64,000 nucleotides of DNA from Armatimonadota bacterium (GCA_039811685.1 JBDHZC010000004.1:160001-224000); one strand, 5' to 3'. Counted from the stretch's first letter, positions 9,543-18,956 are shown. Program-made: numbers and translations. Notes: generated from the letters alone by a model not told the origin.

Positions 9543-11540
9543 ATGAACAGATTACGGATTGCCGCTGCGTTTTTGGGAGCGCTGCTGCTTGCGCCAGCGT
9601 GCGTCTGGGCGTCGGGCGCTCCAGACACGCCAGATGTGCTATTCCAGGATACGAATTCCGATGGCATAGACGGGGATGTGTCCCAGGCAGTCTTTGTGGA
9701 TGCCGTATTCGGGTCCGATAGTCCGGCGAGCGGTTCGATGGCCTCACCGTGCAAGACGATTCAGTACGCGATCGCTCGCGCGGTTGCGCTAGGCCGGTCC
9801 CAGGTACTCATAGCCAAAGGAGTCTATTCCGAACAGGTCACGCTGGCTGATGGCGTGGGCCTTTACGGGGGTTATGACGGCCCTCCTCTCTGGGGCCGTT
9901 CGGCTTCGAACACCACCTCGATCTCCTGGACAACGGCGGACGGCTCCGGCAACGTGCATGCCCTCAGCGCGTCCGGAATCATTCAGCCCACAGAAGTCGC
10001 GTTTCTGAGCATTCAGGCGGGGAATGCAGCTCCGCCCAAAGGCTCCAGTTATGGTGTCCGGGCTCATCAGAGCCCGGGTCTCATTCTCAGGTATAACTCC
10101 ATCACAGCTGGCAACGGTCACTCTGGTACTAGTGGATCCTCTGGTCCGGGTGGCCAGAATGGTAATCCCGGGTCCTCTGGCGGCCCCGGAGCATGTGACG
10201 GTAGCGGATCGGGTGGGCCCGGCGGCTCTGGCGGACCTGGGATATGCGGTTTTCCGGGTGGCCAGGGTGGCTGGGGAGGCGCCCCCGGAGTCAATCCGGG
10301 TCAAAATGGGTATCCGGCGCCCGGTGGCGCCAGCGGTGGTTTCGGCGGCTCGGGTGGAAATCCTGGTGGACCCGGCGGCTCTGGCGCCGACGGATTACCA
10401 GGCGCTTCGGGCTTGATGGGCTCTGCAGCCTCTGGTGGTGTGGTCTCAGCGGGACTGTATGTCCCTGGTGACGGAATCAGCGGAGAGGCCGGCTATGGCG
10501 GGCGCGGCGGCGGAGGCGGCGGAGGCGGCGGAGGCCAGGGATGTTTCCTCTGTTATAGTGGCAACGGTAATGGCGGCGGAGGTGGCGGCGCAGGCGGTTG
10601 CGGCGGATCGCCGGGTCAGGGCGGCAGTGGAGGTGGCGGGTCATTTGCTGTCCTGATGGATGCCTGCGGCGGCGCTACTGTGGAAGAGTGCGTCCTCATC
10701 AGCCAGAACGCTGGCGCGGGGGGATCTGGCGGCAACGGAGGCGCCGGTGGCACTGGTGGTAATGGAGGAGTAGGCGGCAGTGTTTGTACTGGCGAAGTCG
10801 GCCGCGGCGGTAATGGCGGGAAAGGGGGCAGTGGCGGCTTTGGCGGAGCCGGAAGCGGAGGCGCTGGCGGATGGACGTGGGGGCTTTTCGCCCAAGGTGG
10901 AGCTCCGGCGGCGGCCTCAAACATCTACAGCTTTGGCATTCCGGGAATGGGAGGTCCGGGCGGCACGGTTCCCGGTAATTACGCTCCTGCTGGCCCTGCA
11001 GGGTCTTACGGCGCCTATTCGGGTGGTGATCCCGGTAACTATGTCCGCTTGTCCGCGACGCGCGTCTCACCGTCCGCGTCTATTGAGGTCACGGTCAACA
11101 TACTCGGCAGTGTCACGACAGGAGTTGAAGCCAACTCTACGCCACTGGCCGTCTTTGCTCCGCATGTGTGGCGCGGAACCATCGTTGCGCCGTCTATACC
11201 CGGTACGTACCCTGTGAAGGTCACCTACAACAATACCGCGTTCATGGGTCCGTCGTTCGAAGTGCAGCGTGAGCTTGGCGTCAATGGCCATGCGGCTGCC
11301 ACAGTCCTTCCAAATGCTCCGGATCGCTATCTGTTCCGCGTATGGGGAAAGGTGACTGTGCGCGGAGGTAACACAGTTGATATCAGTGATGGCGCAGATG
11401 CTCCGGTGAAGGTCACTGCGGACTCTAGCCTCCTGGCCGGCATTGCTGTGGGAGACTATGTTGTCGCGAAGGGCGTCCTGGATGGTCAGGAGAGCTTCTC
11501 ACTTATGCAGGCGTACGCGGTAGAGCGAAAAGCGCCGTAG
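9543..11540 (+). CDS. Secreted Gly-rich protein 1: DUF1565-like/beta-helix N-terminus, GGx-repeat region, C-terminal VWGKVT module
   Basis: ATG 9543 follows GGAGGGAG. Signal peptide ends ...ACVWA. Contains DTNSDGIDGD, FVDAVFGSD...PCKTIQYAI, YGGYDG, long GGx repeats and C-terminal FRVWGKVT...ISDG...VGDYV. Confidence 0.85.
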   Translation: MNRLRIAAAFLGALLLAPACVWASGAPDTPDVLFQDTNSDGIDGDVSQAVFVDAVFGSDSPASGSMASPCKTIQYAIARAVALGRSQVLIAKGVYSEQVTLADGVGLYGGYDGPPLWGRSASNTTSISWTTADGSGNVHALSASGIIQPTEVAFLSIQAGNAAPPKGSSYGVRAHQSPGLILRYNSITAGNGHSGTSGSSGPGGQNGNPGSSGGPGACDGSGSGGPGGSGGPGICGFPGGQGGWGGAPGVNPGQNGYPAPGGASGGFGGSGGNPGGPGGSGADGLPGASGLMGSAASGGVVSAGLYVPGDGISGEAGYGGRGGGGGGGGGGQGCFLCYSGNGNGGGGGGAGGCGGSPGQGGSGGGGSFAVLMDACGGATVEECVLISQNAGAGGSGGNGGAGGTGGNGGVGGSVCTGEVGRGGNGGKGGSGGFGGAGSGGAGGWTWGLFAQGGAPAAASNIYSFGIPGMGGPGGTVPGNYAPAGPAGSYGAYSGGDPGNYVRLSATRVSPSASIEVTVNILGSVTTGVEANSTPLAVFAPHVWRGTIVAPSIPGTYPVKVTYNNTAFMGPSFEVQRELGVNGHAAATVLPNAPDRYLFRVWGKVTVRGGNTVDISDGADAPVKVTADSSLLAGIAVGDYVVAKGVLDGQESFSLMQAYAVERKAP

Positions 11541-11586
11541 CCAGGAAGGTTTCAGGCCATTTCGGACAGCCTCAGTTTGAAGCGGA

Positions 11587-11788
11587 AGACCAGAGATGGT
11601 GGTGTCCTGCCCTGAGAAGGCGCTGGGACGCCACCAATATCCTTTTCCTGTTCGCTCCTTTCAAGACTCAAGGCTTGTCACAGGTCAGCTCCTCCATCCT
11701 GTGACAGAGGAAGGAATTGGAGTCGATCGCTTGCCGAATCCATTCCAACGCCGCGCACAACGGGAGCGTCAGGTCTGGCTTCTGGTCT
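11587..11788. ncRNA. Candidate ~200-nt structured non-coding element (family unassigned)
   Basis: Nested stems: AGACCAGA(11587-94)/TCTGGTCT(11781-88); TGGTGGTGTCC(11597-607)/GGACGCCACCA(11626-36); CCTG-CGCTCC(11647-58)/GGAGCG-CAGG(11763-73); TGTCACAGG(11676-84)/CCTGTGACA(11698-706); TTGGAGT(11717-23)/ATTCCAA(11742-48). Confidence 0.5.
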
Positions 11789-11884
11789 GACATCTCTTTC
11801 GACCAGCAGGCGACAGTATGGTATAATGAACAGGTATCAGGCCGTGTTTGGCCGTGAGTTCAAAGAAGAGGTCATCGGTCCGCA

Positions 11885-13888
11885 ATGAAGCTCTGCACGC
11901 GTATTACTTCCATTTTTGGCGCCTTCCTGTTTTCCCTGTGTGTGGCCCCGGCGTATTGTGATGTTGATGTCCCGGATCTTCTTTTTCAGGACAGCAACTC
12001 TGACGGCATTGATGGCGATGCCTCCAAAGCCATTTTTGTGGATTTCGCCTCAGGTTCGGATTCTCCGTCAAATGGCTCAATGAGCGCGCCGGTCAAGACG
12101 ATTCATTACGCCATCAGCAGGGCACAGAGCCTCGGCAAGACTCAGGTGCTCGTTGCGAAGGGCACGTATCCTAACACAGTTTCTATGGTTGATGGGGTGA
12201 GTATTTACGGCGGCTACGATGGTCCACCGCACTGGGGCCGCTCGGCTTCGAACGTCACCCGAATTGATTCCGGCTCGCAGTTGGGGGTATTCGCAAATGG
12301 AATCCACGCGACGACGGAGCTTGCATTCCTTACCATCCGGGCATCATCCATTACGGGCTATGGAGAGTCTTCTTACGGTGTGCTCGCGAACGGAAGCCCC
12401 GGGCTTACTCTCAGAAACAACATTATTATTTCCGGCAATGGGAACGCCGGCCAAAATGGCAGCTCGGGGATGTCTGGCCAGAACGGACTCAATGGCAGTC
12501 CCGGAGGTGAGGGGTATTGCGGCGATTCCTACGAACCACCGGGGCTGGGTGGCGCTGGCGGGGACTTTCCCTGCGATCGCGGTGGTCACGGTGGCGATGG
12601 TGGCTTGTTTGATCTGACCGCTGGAAAGCCAGGCGCGGCCGCTGCCACAGGTGCGGCAGGAGGGCACGGAGGGGCTTTGGGCACGAATACAAAGCCTGGC
12701 CAGCCCGGTGGGGACGGCGCAAATGGCTCGGACGGACTCCACGGCTTCCCCGGCGAAGCTCGCAGTGGTTCCTTTCTATATGGACTGTATATCCCCGGCA
12801 GCGGCTCCGACGGCGGACACGGCTGGCCTGGAGGCGGTGGTGGGGGCGGCGGCGGAGGCGGCGCCCGACGCTGTGATGGTATCTTGTTCTGCGTGAGAGG
12901 TTCCGGGAATGGAGGCGGCGGAGGCGGAAGCGGCGGTTGCGGTGGGAATCGCGGAACCGGTGGCGGCGGGGGCGGCGGTTCATTTGCTGTCCTCTTGCTG
13001 TCGAGCGATGGCGCAACTGTGACCGGGTGCACTCTCATTAGTGGCAACGGTGGTAACGGCGGCAATGGGGGCAATGGCGGCAAGGGTGGCACAGGTGGTG
13101 AAGGAGGACTGGGAGGCGCTGCCTGTCCGGAGAATATTGGCTCGGGCGGACGTGGAGGGTCTGGTGGAGACGGCGGAAATGGGGGCGGAGGTGCAGGCGG
13201 ATCCGGCGGTCCGAGCTGGTCTTTATTCTCCCAGTATGGAGCGGTGACGCAGCAAGGCAACGTGTTCAGCTACGGCTCAGGAGGCGCGGGAGGAGCAGGC
13301 GGAAAGGGCGGCGCAGGTCTAAGTGAGCCCGCACCAGCCGGATTCAACGGGGAAAAGGGAGCTATTATGGGTGGCGGTGTTGGAGGGACCGTGCAACTCT
13401 CGACCAGACGCGTTCCTCCGTCCGGAACCATTGATGTTACAGTCAACCTGTTCGAGACTGTGACCACTCCTGTAGTTGTCAGCGGTGTTACGCTCGCGCA
13501 GGATTCACCCTATATCTGGCGTGGAGTCATTACCGCTCCGCCCACCGTGGGCTCTCAAAGAGTCACACTCAGCTACAACTCCAAGAGTTTCAACTATCCG
13601 CCATATCGCGTGGAGCGAGAAGTTGGTATCAATGGGCGTGACGCAGCGGCTATGTTGCCGGGTTTCCCGGCAAAGAATTTCTTCCGTGTCTGGGGGAAAG
13701 TGACCGCCCGGGGCGGAAATACTCTGAGCATAACGGACGGATCGGAGTCGCCCGTTCTGGTGACAGCAGATTCCGCGCTGTTATCGGGAGTTGCAGTCGG
13801 AGACTTCGTTGTGTCGCGCGGAGAACTGGGCACAGGCGGACCACATCCGGCGCTTCAGGCCTACTCTGTTCAGCGGCAGGCGCCGTGA
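11885..13888 (+). CDS. Secreted Gly-rich protein 2 (tandem paralog of 9543-11540)
   Basis: Signal peptide and the same architecture as the first gene, with shared blocks FQDxNSDGIDGD, YGGYDGPPxWGRSASN, GGGSFAVL and FRVWGKVTxRGGNT...VTADS. Extended -10 TGGTATAAT at 11819-11827. Confidence 0.87.
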   Translation: MKLCTRITSIFGAFLFSLCVAPAYCDVDVPDLLFQDSNSDGIDGDASKAIFVDFASGSDSPSNGSMSAPVKTIHYAISRAQSLGKTQVLVAKGTYPNTVSMVDGVSIYGGYDGPPHWGRSASNVTRIDSGSQLGVFANGIHATTELAFLTIRASSITGYGESSYGVLANGSPGLTLRNNIIISGNGNAGQNGSSGMSGQNGLNGSPGGEGYCGDSYEPPGLGGAGGDFPCDRGGHGGDGGLFDLTAGKPGAAAATGAAGGHGGALGTNTKPGQPGGDGANGSDGLHGFPGEARSGSFLYGLYIPGSGSDGGHGWPGGGGGGGGGGGARRCDGILFCVRGSGNGGGGGGSGGCGGNRGTGGGGGGGSFAVLLLSSDGATVTGCTLISGNGGNGGNGGNGGKGGTGGEGGLGGAACPENIGSGGRGGSGGDGGNGGGGAGGSGGPSWSLFSQYGAVTQQGNVFSYGSGGAGGAGGKGGAGLSEPAPAGFNGEKGAIMGGGVGGTVQLSTRRVPPSGTIDVTVNLFETVTTPVVVSGVTLAQDSPYIWRGVITAPPTVGSQRVTLSYNSKSFNYPPYRVEREVGINGRDAAAMLPGFPAKNFFRVWGKVTARGGNTLSITDGSESPVLVTADSALLSGVAVGDFVVSRGELGTGGPHPALQAYSVQRQAP

Positions 13889-13941
13889 TGGCTTGCTCGC
13901 GCGGATTGGCGCCGCATCTCGTGCTCGCCAGCGTCTGATCC

Positions 13942-15195
13942 TTAGTCTCTGATCTCCCGGATATAAATGTTTTTGAACTCGAGCTTGCTGTTGTGGTTTT
14001 GCAGCTCTATCTGGCCTGTCGGATAAATCGGCTTGTCACGCTCCCAGTAGTTCTCCATTACAACACCGTTAACCACAAGCTCGTTGTTCAGAAAGACCGT
14101 CACCCGCTCCCCAATCATCACTATCCGGAAGCGGTTCCATTCACCGGGTGGTCTGTCTTCGCGAGCCAAGGGGCCACTCGGGTTTTTCTGATTGTTGTAA
14201 AGCCCACCAGAACCGATGGGATTGTCCCATATCTGCACTTGTGGGCTGCCGCGCAGATAAATGCCACTGTCGCCTCCTGGCTCGATGCGCCAGTCCGCCA
14301 GCATCTCAAAGTTCCGGTAGTCTTTGACTGTGCACAGGCTCTCACCCTTCCCGTCGTAGGTCAAGACGCCATTCACAACGCTCCAGTGCTGCCGCATCAC
14401 TTCGTCCGCTTCCTTCTGCTTTGAGGCAAGCTGCTCTGGCGTCATTTTGGCTCGCTCGGGCGGGCTGGCGACCAGTCCCTTCCATCCGGCTAGATTGCGC
14501 CCGTTGAACAACGCCTTGAAGCCGGGTGGAGCAGTGTTGTCCTTCCGGGGTCTGGAAATATCTTTGATAACTATGTTGCGCAGAGCAACTTCTGCCGGGC
14601 CGTGTCCCATGAAGCCGATGCGTCCGTAGTCGCGCAGGAGTCCTGGATGCTCCAAAAGTACCTTCGGGTTGCGAATTGCATTGATGTCAGCATCCACCAC
14701 TTTCCGCCCGTTGACGCTTACGCTGATATTTCGGCCCTGTGCCCGTATCTCTTCCCGGTTCCACTCACCGGCTGGCTTCAGCGCACTGTCTGTAACGGGA
14801 GTCACTTTGTAGAGGGCTCCGTGAAGCTGCGTAGCGAGTAGTCCTGAGTACATGGGGTCGCTATTATCCAGAATCTGGCTCTCCAGGACGTCGTAGGGAG
14901 CGCGATCGTGGCGCGGCGCTCGAAGTGCGACACCGTTGTTGCCGCCCTTATCCAGCCGAAAGTCAAAGCGTAGAATGAAGTCTGAGTAGTCCCTGTCTGT
15001 GTAAAGAACTCCTCCGCCGTCTGAGGGGCAGATCAGAAGCCCGTCTCGCACGATGTAGCCCTGTCCACTCTTGCTTTCAATAGTCCACCCGTTGAGAGAT
15101 TTTCCATCGAACAGCGGCACAAAAGGGGATGTGACCGCGCACCGTGGCATTACAGCCAGCGCGAAAGTAGCAACTACAGCACAGAAGATTCGCAT
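13942..15195 (-). CDS. Secreted tandem DUF1080 (3-keto-disaccharide hydrolase-like) protein
   Basis: Two repeats of LF[DN]GxxLxGW...[ND][NS]G...EWN...G[RQ]IxxxxH...xNIxI; N-terminal hydrophobic signal. Confidence 0.88.
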   Translation of the reverse strand: MRIFCAVVATFALAVMPRCAVTSPFVPLFDGKSLNGWTIESKSGQGYIVRDGLLICPSDGGGVLYTDRDYSDFILRFDFRLDKGGNNGVALRAPRHDRAPYDVLESQILDNSDPMYSGLLATQLHGALYKVTPVTDSALKPAGEWNREEIRAQGRNISVSVNGRKVVDADINAIRNPKVLLEHPGLLRDYGRIGFMGHGPAEVALRNIVIKDISRPRKDNTAPPGFKALFNGRNLAGWKGLVASPPERAKMTPEQLASKQKEADEVMRQHWSVVNGVLTYDGKGESLCTVKDYRNFEMLADWRIEPGGDSGIYLRGSPQVQIWDNPIGSGGLYNNQKNPSGPLAREDRPPGEWNRFRIVMIGERVTVFLNNELVVNGVVMENYWERDKPIYPTGQIELQNHNSKLEFKNIYIREIRD

Positions 15196-15248
15196 AATGC
15201 GGGATTCTGCGCGCGCTCTTCTGACTCCTTCGCTCGGACAGGCACAGG

Positions 15249-15287
15249 AAAAAGCGCCCTCCAGGGACAGAGTGTCCGGGAGGGCGC
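15249..15287 (-). terminator. Intrinsic terminator in the leader of the DUF1080 gene
   Basis: Minus strand reads GCGCCCTCC-CGGACACTCTGTCCCT-GGAGGGCGC-TTTTT. Confidence 0.7.
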
Positions 15288-15542
15288 AAGAGATTCAAGG
15301 ACAAGTGCAGGTCGCGCGGTAGTTCGGCTTTTCCGCACGGCCAACATCCTCATGCTACTTCACTCTTGTCAAGGATGGCATTGGTCCATTAGTACTGCAT
15401 CGCTCAGGGACGGCTTTCCCGGCAGAAGCCTGATGCACAAGCGCCAACCACTCGCCTTCTGCTTCGGAGATGACCGCGGCAGGCGGCCCGTTTTCCGCAA
15501 ACTCCGCTATACTTCCCGTTAGCGATAGTTTTTGGAGTACAG

Positions 15543-16700
15543 TTGCAAGTGGACAGGCTTGGTATTGGAATTGTCGGCTATGGAGAGTTCGCAGAGTTCT
15601 GTCACGAGGCGTGGAGAGACCTTAAGGATGTACGGGTCGTTGCCGCCTCGGACCTCGATACGTCCCGCATTCCCCCGGGACTGAAGTCATACCGCGACTT
15701 TCGCGATATGCTCAGGGATGACTCAGTTCAGATTGTCTCAATCGGGACTCCTCCGGCGACGCACGCTTCCATTGCGCAGCAGGCTTTGGAAGCCGAAAAG
15801 CATGTGTTCGTGGAGAAGCCGCCGGCTTTGACTCTCGAGGAGGCCGAAGAGCTTGTCGGGACGGCACATAGACAGAAGCGCGTCATCGCGGTGGACTATA
15901 TGCTTCGCTACAACCCGCTGGTTTGTGCGCTGAAGAGCGTGGCCGACTCAAAGGTGCTCGGAAAGCTCCAGCACGTTAGCGTCGCCAACTATGCCTACGA
16001 CGGAAAGTTGCCGCCACAGCACTGGTTCTGGGACAAGTCCAAATCGGGAGGCATTCTTGTCGAACACGCCGTGCACTTTTTTGACATGGTCAACTTTGTG
16101 TGGAAGGCCCGGCCTGAGAAAATAACGGCCCAGGCTCACTGCCGGCAGCCAGGTATGGAAGATAAAGTTCAGGCGACCGTGCGCTACGACGATGGAGTCA
16201 TCAGCACACACTATCATCACTTCTTCCGGCCGTGGTGGTTTGAACGTCAGAGCTTTCGCTTTGCGTTCGATCTTGGCGAGATAGACGTGGAGGGTTGGAT
16301 TCCACTGGCGGCGACAGTCCGGGCCATCACAACAAGAGAAGGCTTGCAGCAACTGGCCGGCATTTTCCCATCTGCACACATCCAGGAAGAGCCTCTTGAT
16401 CTGGAGCGCTTAGCCGCTGATGTGACTTATGTGCATGGCGCACCGACAGAGTCCCACTCCGTCACAGCGGGCGGCTCGTCGTATCCGGTATCGTTGATGG
16501 TGAACCTTCACTTTGGAATTGAGAAGCCGAAAATAGAAGTGTACCAGGACTGCGTGCGCGCGGCCATGGAGGATGTGGCGGCCCATATTCGAGGCCGAAG
16601 CGGCAAACCGCGCATCGCACTGGAGACCGCTCTTGACTCCATCCGAATTGCGGCCGCGGGGGCAAGGCTCATTCAGCAGGACTATGGAGTAGATCTATAG
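15543..16700 (+). CDS. Gfo/Idh/MocA family NAD(P)-dependent oxidoreductase
   Basis: GIVGYG Rossmann start, TPPATH, KHVFVEKP and SGGILVEHAVHFFD motifs. Confidence 0.88.
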   Translation: MQVDRLGIGIVGYGEFAEFCHEAWRDLKDVRVVAASDLDTSRIPPGLKSYRDFRDMLRDDSVQIVSIGTPPATHASIAQQALEAEKHVFVEKPPALTLEEAEELVGTAHRQKRVIAVDYMLRYNPLVCALKSVADSKVLGKLQHVSVANYAYDGKLPPQHWFWDKSKSGGILVEHAVHFFDMVNFVWKARPEKITAQAHCRQPGMEDKVQATVRYDDGVISTHYHHFFRPWWFERQSFRFAFDLGEIDVEGWIPLAATVRAITTREGLQQLAGIFPSAHIQEEPLDLERLAADVTYVHGAPTESHSVTAGGSSYPVSLMVNLHFGIEKPKIEVYQDCVRAAMEDVAAHIRGRSGKPRIALETALDSIRIAAAGARLIQQDYGVDL

Positions 16701-16743
16701 ACATCTCGACTAGTTTCTCACAGCTTTTCGCTAATTCCAGATT

Positions 16744-17733
16744 GTGACACTCGACGTTGTAATCCCGAACTACAATGGCGCATCGCTGCTCCGGCAGTTT
16801 CTACCCAGTGTGCTGACTTCCGCCAGACGCGCTGGCGCACGTGACGTTGTTGTCGTGGACGACGCCAGCACTGATGACAGCCTGGCCGTCCTGTCAGAGA
16901 TCGCGCCCGATATTCGCGTTATTCGGCGCCTTTACAACGGCGGGTTTGGCGAAGCGGTGAACGAAGGAGCGCGCGGTTTGACAGGCGATCTGCTGGCCGT
17001 GTGCATGACGGACATTGAGCTGTACCCAGACTGTCTGGAAAAAGCTGTCTCTGCCATGGAAGCTCCGGACGTTTTTGCGGCAGGCTTCCATCTGCGCACC
17101 AGTGCTGCCACCGGAAATGGCGGAGTGACCTCACTGGCATTCAGTCGCGGGCTTTTTCACGCGGAGTTTCCAGGTGAGGAGCAGCCGGGCGCCTTTGATG
17201 AACCTACCGAAATAGCTTTTGCGCTTGGCGGAGCCACAATTATGCGCCGAGATGTTTTTGAGGAACTTGGTGGGTTCGATCCCGTCTATGCGCCGTACGG
17301 GTGGGAGGACATTGACCTGTGTTACCGGGCATGGCGCAGTGGGTGGCGCTGCGTGAATGAACCCAAAGCGTTGGCGTGGCATCGCCACCCGCACACATCT
17401 GTTCAGTCTCACGCAAGCGAACTGAAGCGTGAGATTATCTCTCTTCGAAACCGCATGCTCTTCGTACGCCGCAACTTCGCTTCTCCGTCTCTGTTGCGCC
17501 AGCACAAATTGTGGATATCTCTGATGAAACTCAAAGCGCGCACAAAGAGAAATCCCGCTGTTGCCGAGGCTGATCGGCAGGCCCGGCAGGCTCTTCAGGC
17601 TACAGGGTCCCGCGGACATATCATTGCGCCAGTTCTGGATGAAGCGGGACTCCTCGAGCGGCTCAGCCGTCCAGGATCAGTCTCACCTTCCCAGAGCTTG
17701 CCGCTTACAGCCCAGGCGGACGGTCTCCTATGA
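16744..17733 (+). CDS. Glycosyltransferase family 2
   Basis: VVIPNYNG, VVDDASTD, GFGEAVN and GGFD...WEDIDL motifs. Confidence 0.9.
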   Translation: MTLDVVIPNYNGASLLRQFLPSVLTSARRAGARDVVVVDDASTDDSLAVLSEIAPDIRVIRRLYNGGFGEAVNEGARGLTGDLLAVCMTDIELYPDCLEKAVSAMEAPDVFAAGFHLRTSAATGNGGVTSLAFSRGLFHAEFPGEEQPGAFDEPTEIAFALGGATIMRRDVFEELGGFDPVYAPYGWEDIDLCYRAWRSGWRCVNEPKALAWHRHPHTSVQSHASELKREIISLRNRMLFVRRNFASPSLLRQHKLWISLMKLKARTKRNPAVAEADRQARQALQATGSRGHIIAPVLDEAGLLERLSRPGSVSPSQSLPLTAQADGLL

Positions 17734-18956
17734 GCGCTGAAGTCACATCCCCTCATCCTGAAGCGCCTGCTATGCGAGTCACAGAGAACTCAGGTCCGCG
17801 TCCCACAGTTCAGTATTCCACCGGGCGGACGCTGGCCTCCTGGGGCTGTGGGTACATTGCCTACAATGCCGCCATGGCTGCGTTTCGCGAGGGTCTGCTA
17901 ACCGGAGTTATCGCGCCGGGGTATAACCCGTCAGACATACCCGATGAGTTAATATCAGTTGTGGCTGCGGCGGCTGAGGCTACACTGCGCGCCCGCATTC
18001 CGTATCGACTTCGTGTTAGGTACGGTCTGGACTTCTGTCTGATGGATAACGCCTTTGATCTGGGCGCGCGCAAACTGCTTAACGTCTCCGACATCTTCCA
18101 CGGTTGGAGCCATCAGGCTCTGTTCAGTATGAAGCAAGCTCGAAAACTTGGGACGCGGCTGGTTCTTGAGCGCGCTAACACGCACCCTGAAGACATCGTC
18201 TCACTGGTCTCCGGGGAGTATCGCAAGTACGGCTTCAAAGGGCGTGTGGAGGCGCCGCTGGAGCGCTGGAAAACTTACAGGGAGTACGCCCTGGCTGATC
18301 GGATCGTCGTCTGCAGCGAGTTTGCCCGCGAAAGCCATCTCCGCCACGGCATCCCGGCCGACAAGCTCAGAGTTATCAACTACGGTGTTGATACAGAGGT
18401 CTTTACACCGGGCCCAAAGCAGGACTCCACTTTTAGAGTTATCTACTGCGGAATGGTGTGCCTGCGTAAGGGCGTGCAGTATCTGCTTCAGGCGTGGAAA
18501 GAGCTGGGCTTACAGGATTCGGAGTTGTGGCTGGTTGGGATGGTTCTGCCCGATGCGGTTGAGTTGATGCGACGATACGAGTCTCTCCCAGGCGTAAGAG
18601 TGCTTGGGCATGTTGGTTCACGCGCTGAACTTGCGGAGTTGTATCGTCAGGGCAGTGTCTTTGCTTTCCCTTCTGTCGAAGACGGCTTTGCAATGGTTGT
18701 AACGGAAGCTATGGCGTGCGGCATACCCGTTATTATCTCCGGCAACACCGGAGCCAAAGATGTGGTAGAGGACGGCGTCAACGGATACGTTGTGCCAACC
18801 TGCAGTGTTGAGGCTCTCAAGGAGAAAATCGTGCAGCTCAAGCGAGACCCGCAGTTGCGCAGTTCACTCGGAGCCAGTGCCCGGTTGGCCGCTGAGAACA
18901 ATACGTGGTATCACTACTCCGAAAAGCTGCTGCAAGTTTACAAAGAGCTGATCTAG
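17730..18956 (+). CDS. Glycosyltransferase family 4
   Basis: GVDTEVF, RKG and FPSVEDGFAMVVTEAMACGIPVI motifs; ATGA overlap with the GT2 gene. Confidence 0.9.
   Translation: MSAEVTSPHPEAPAMRVTENSGPRPTVQYSTGRTLASWGCGYIAYNAAMAAFREGLLTGVIAPGYNPSDIPDELISVVAAAAEATLRARIPYRLRVRYGLDFCLMDNAFDLGARKLLNVSDIFHGWSHQALFSMKQARKLGTRLVLERANTHPEDIVSLVSGEYRKYGFKGRVEAPLERWKTYREYALADRIVVCSEFARESHLRHGIPADKLRVINYGVDTEVFTPGPKQDSTFRVIYCGMVCLRKGVQYLLQAWKELGLQDSELWLVGMVLPDAVELMRRYESLPGVRVLGHVGSRAELAELYRQGSVFAFPSVEDGFAMVVTEAMACGIPVIISGNTGAKDVVEDGVNGYVVPTCSVEALKEKIVQLKRDPQLRSSLGASARLAAENNTWYHYSEKLLQVYKELI

Noticed and set aside
11587..11788. Glycine, cobalamin, TPP or fluoride riboswitch, SRP or 6S identity for the structured element
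   Set aside because: Only isolated short words match (CTGAGA, CTCAGG, AAGCCAGACCTG); the conserved cores and their order are absent.
11596..11790. 64-aa ORF spanning the structured element
   Set aside because: It has no recognisable motif and only a weak RBS; the base-pairing pattern explains the region better.
10490..13330. GGC-rich runs as microsatellites, and Pro-rich antisense ORFs such as 12586-13260 (-)
   Set aside because: They are Gly codons of the plus-strand genes; the poly-Pro ORFs are their reverse-complement shadows.
9543..13888. Calling the Gly-rich proteins PE-PGRS or collagen
   Set aside because: There is no PE domain, a Sec signal peptide is present, and the repeats are GGx and poly-G rather than sustained Gly-X-Y.
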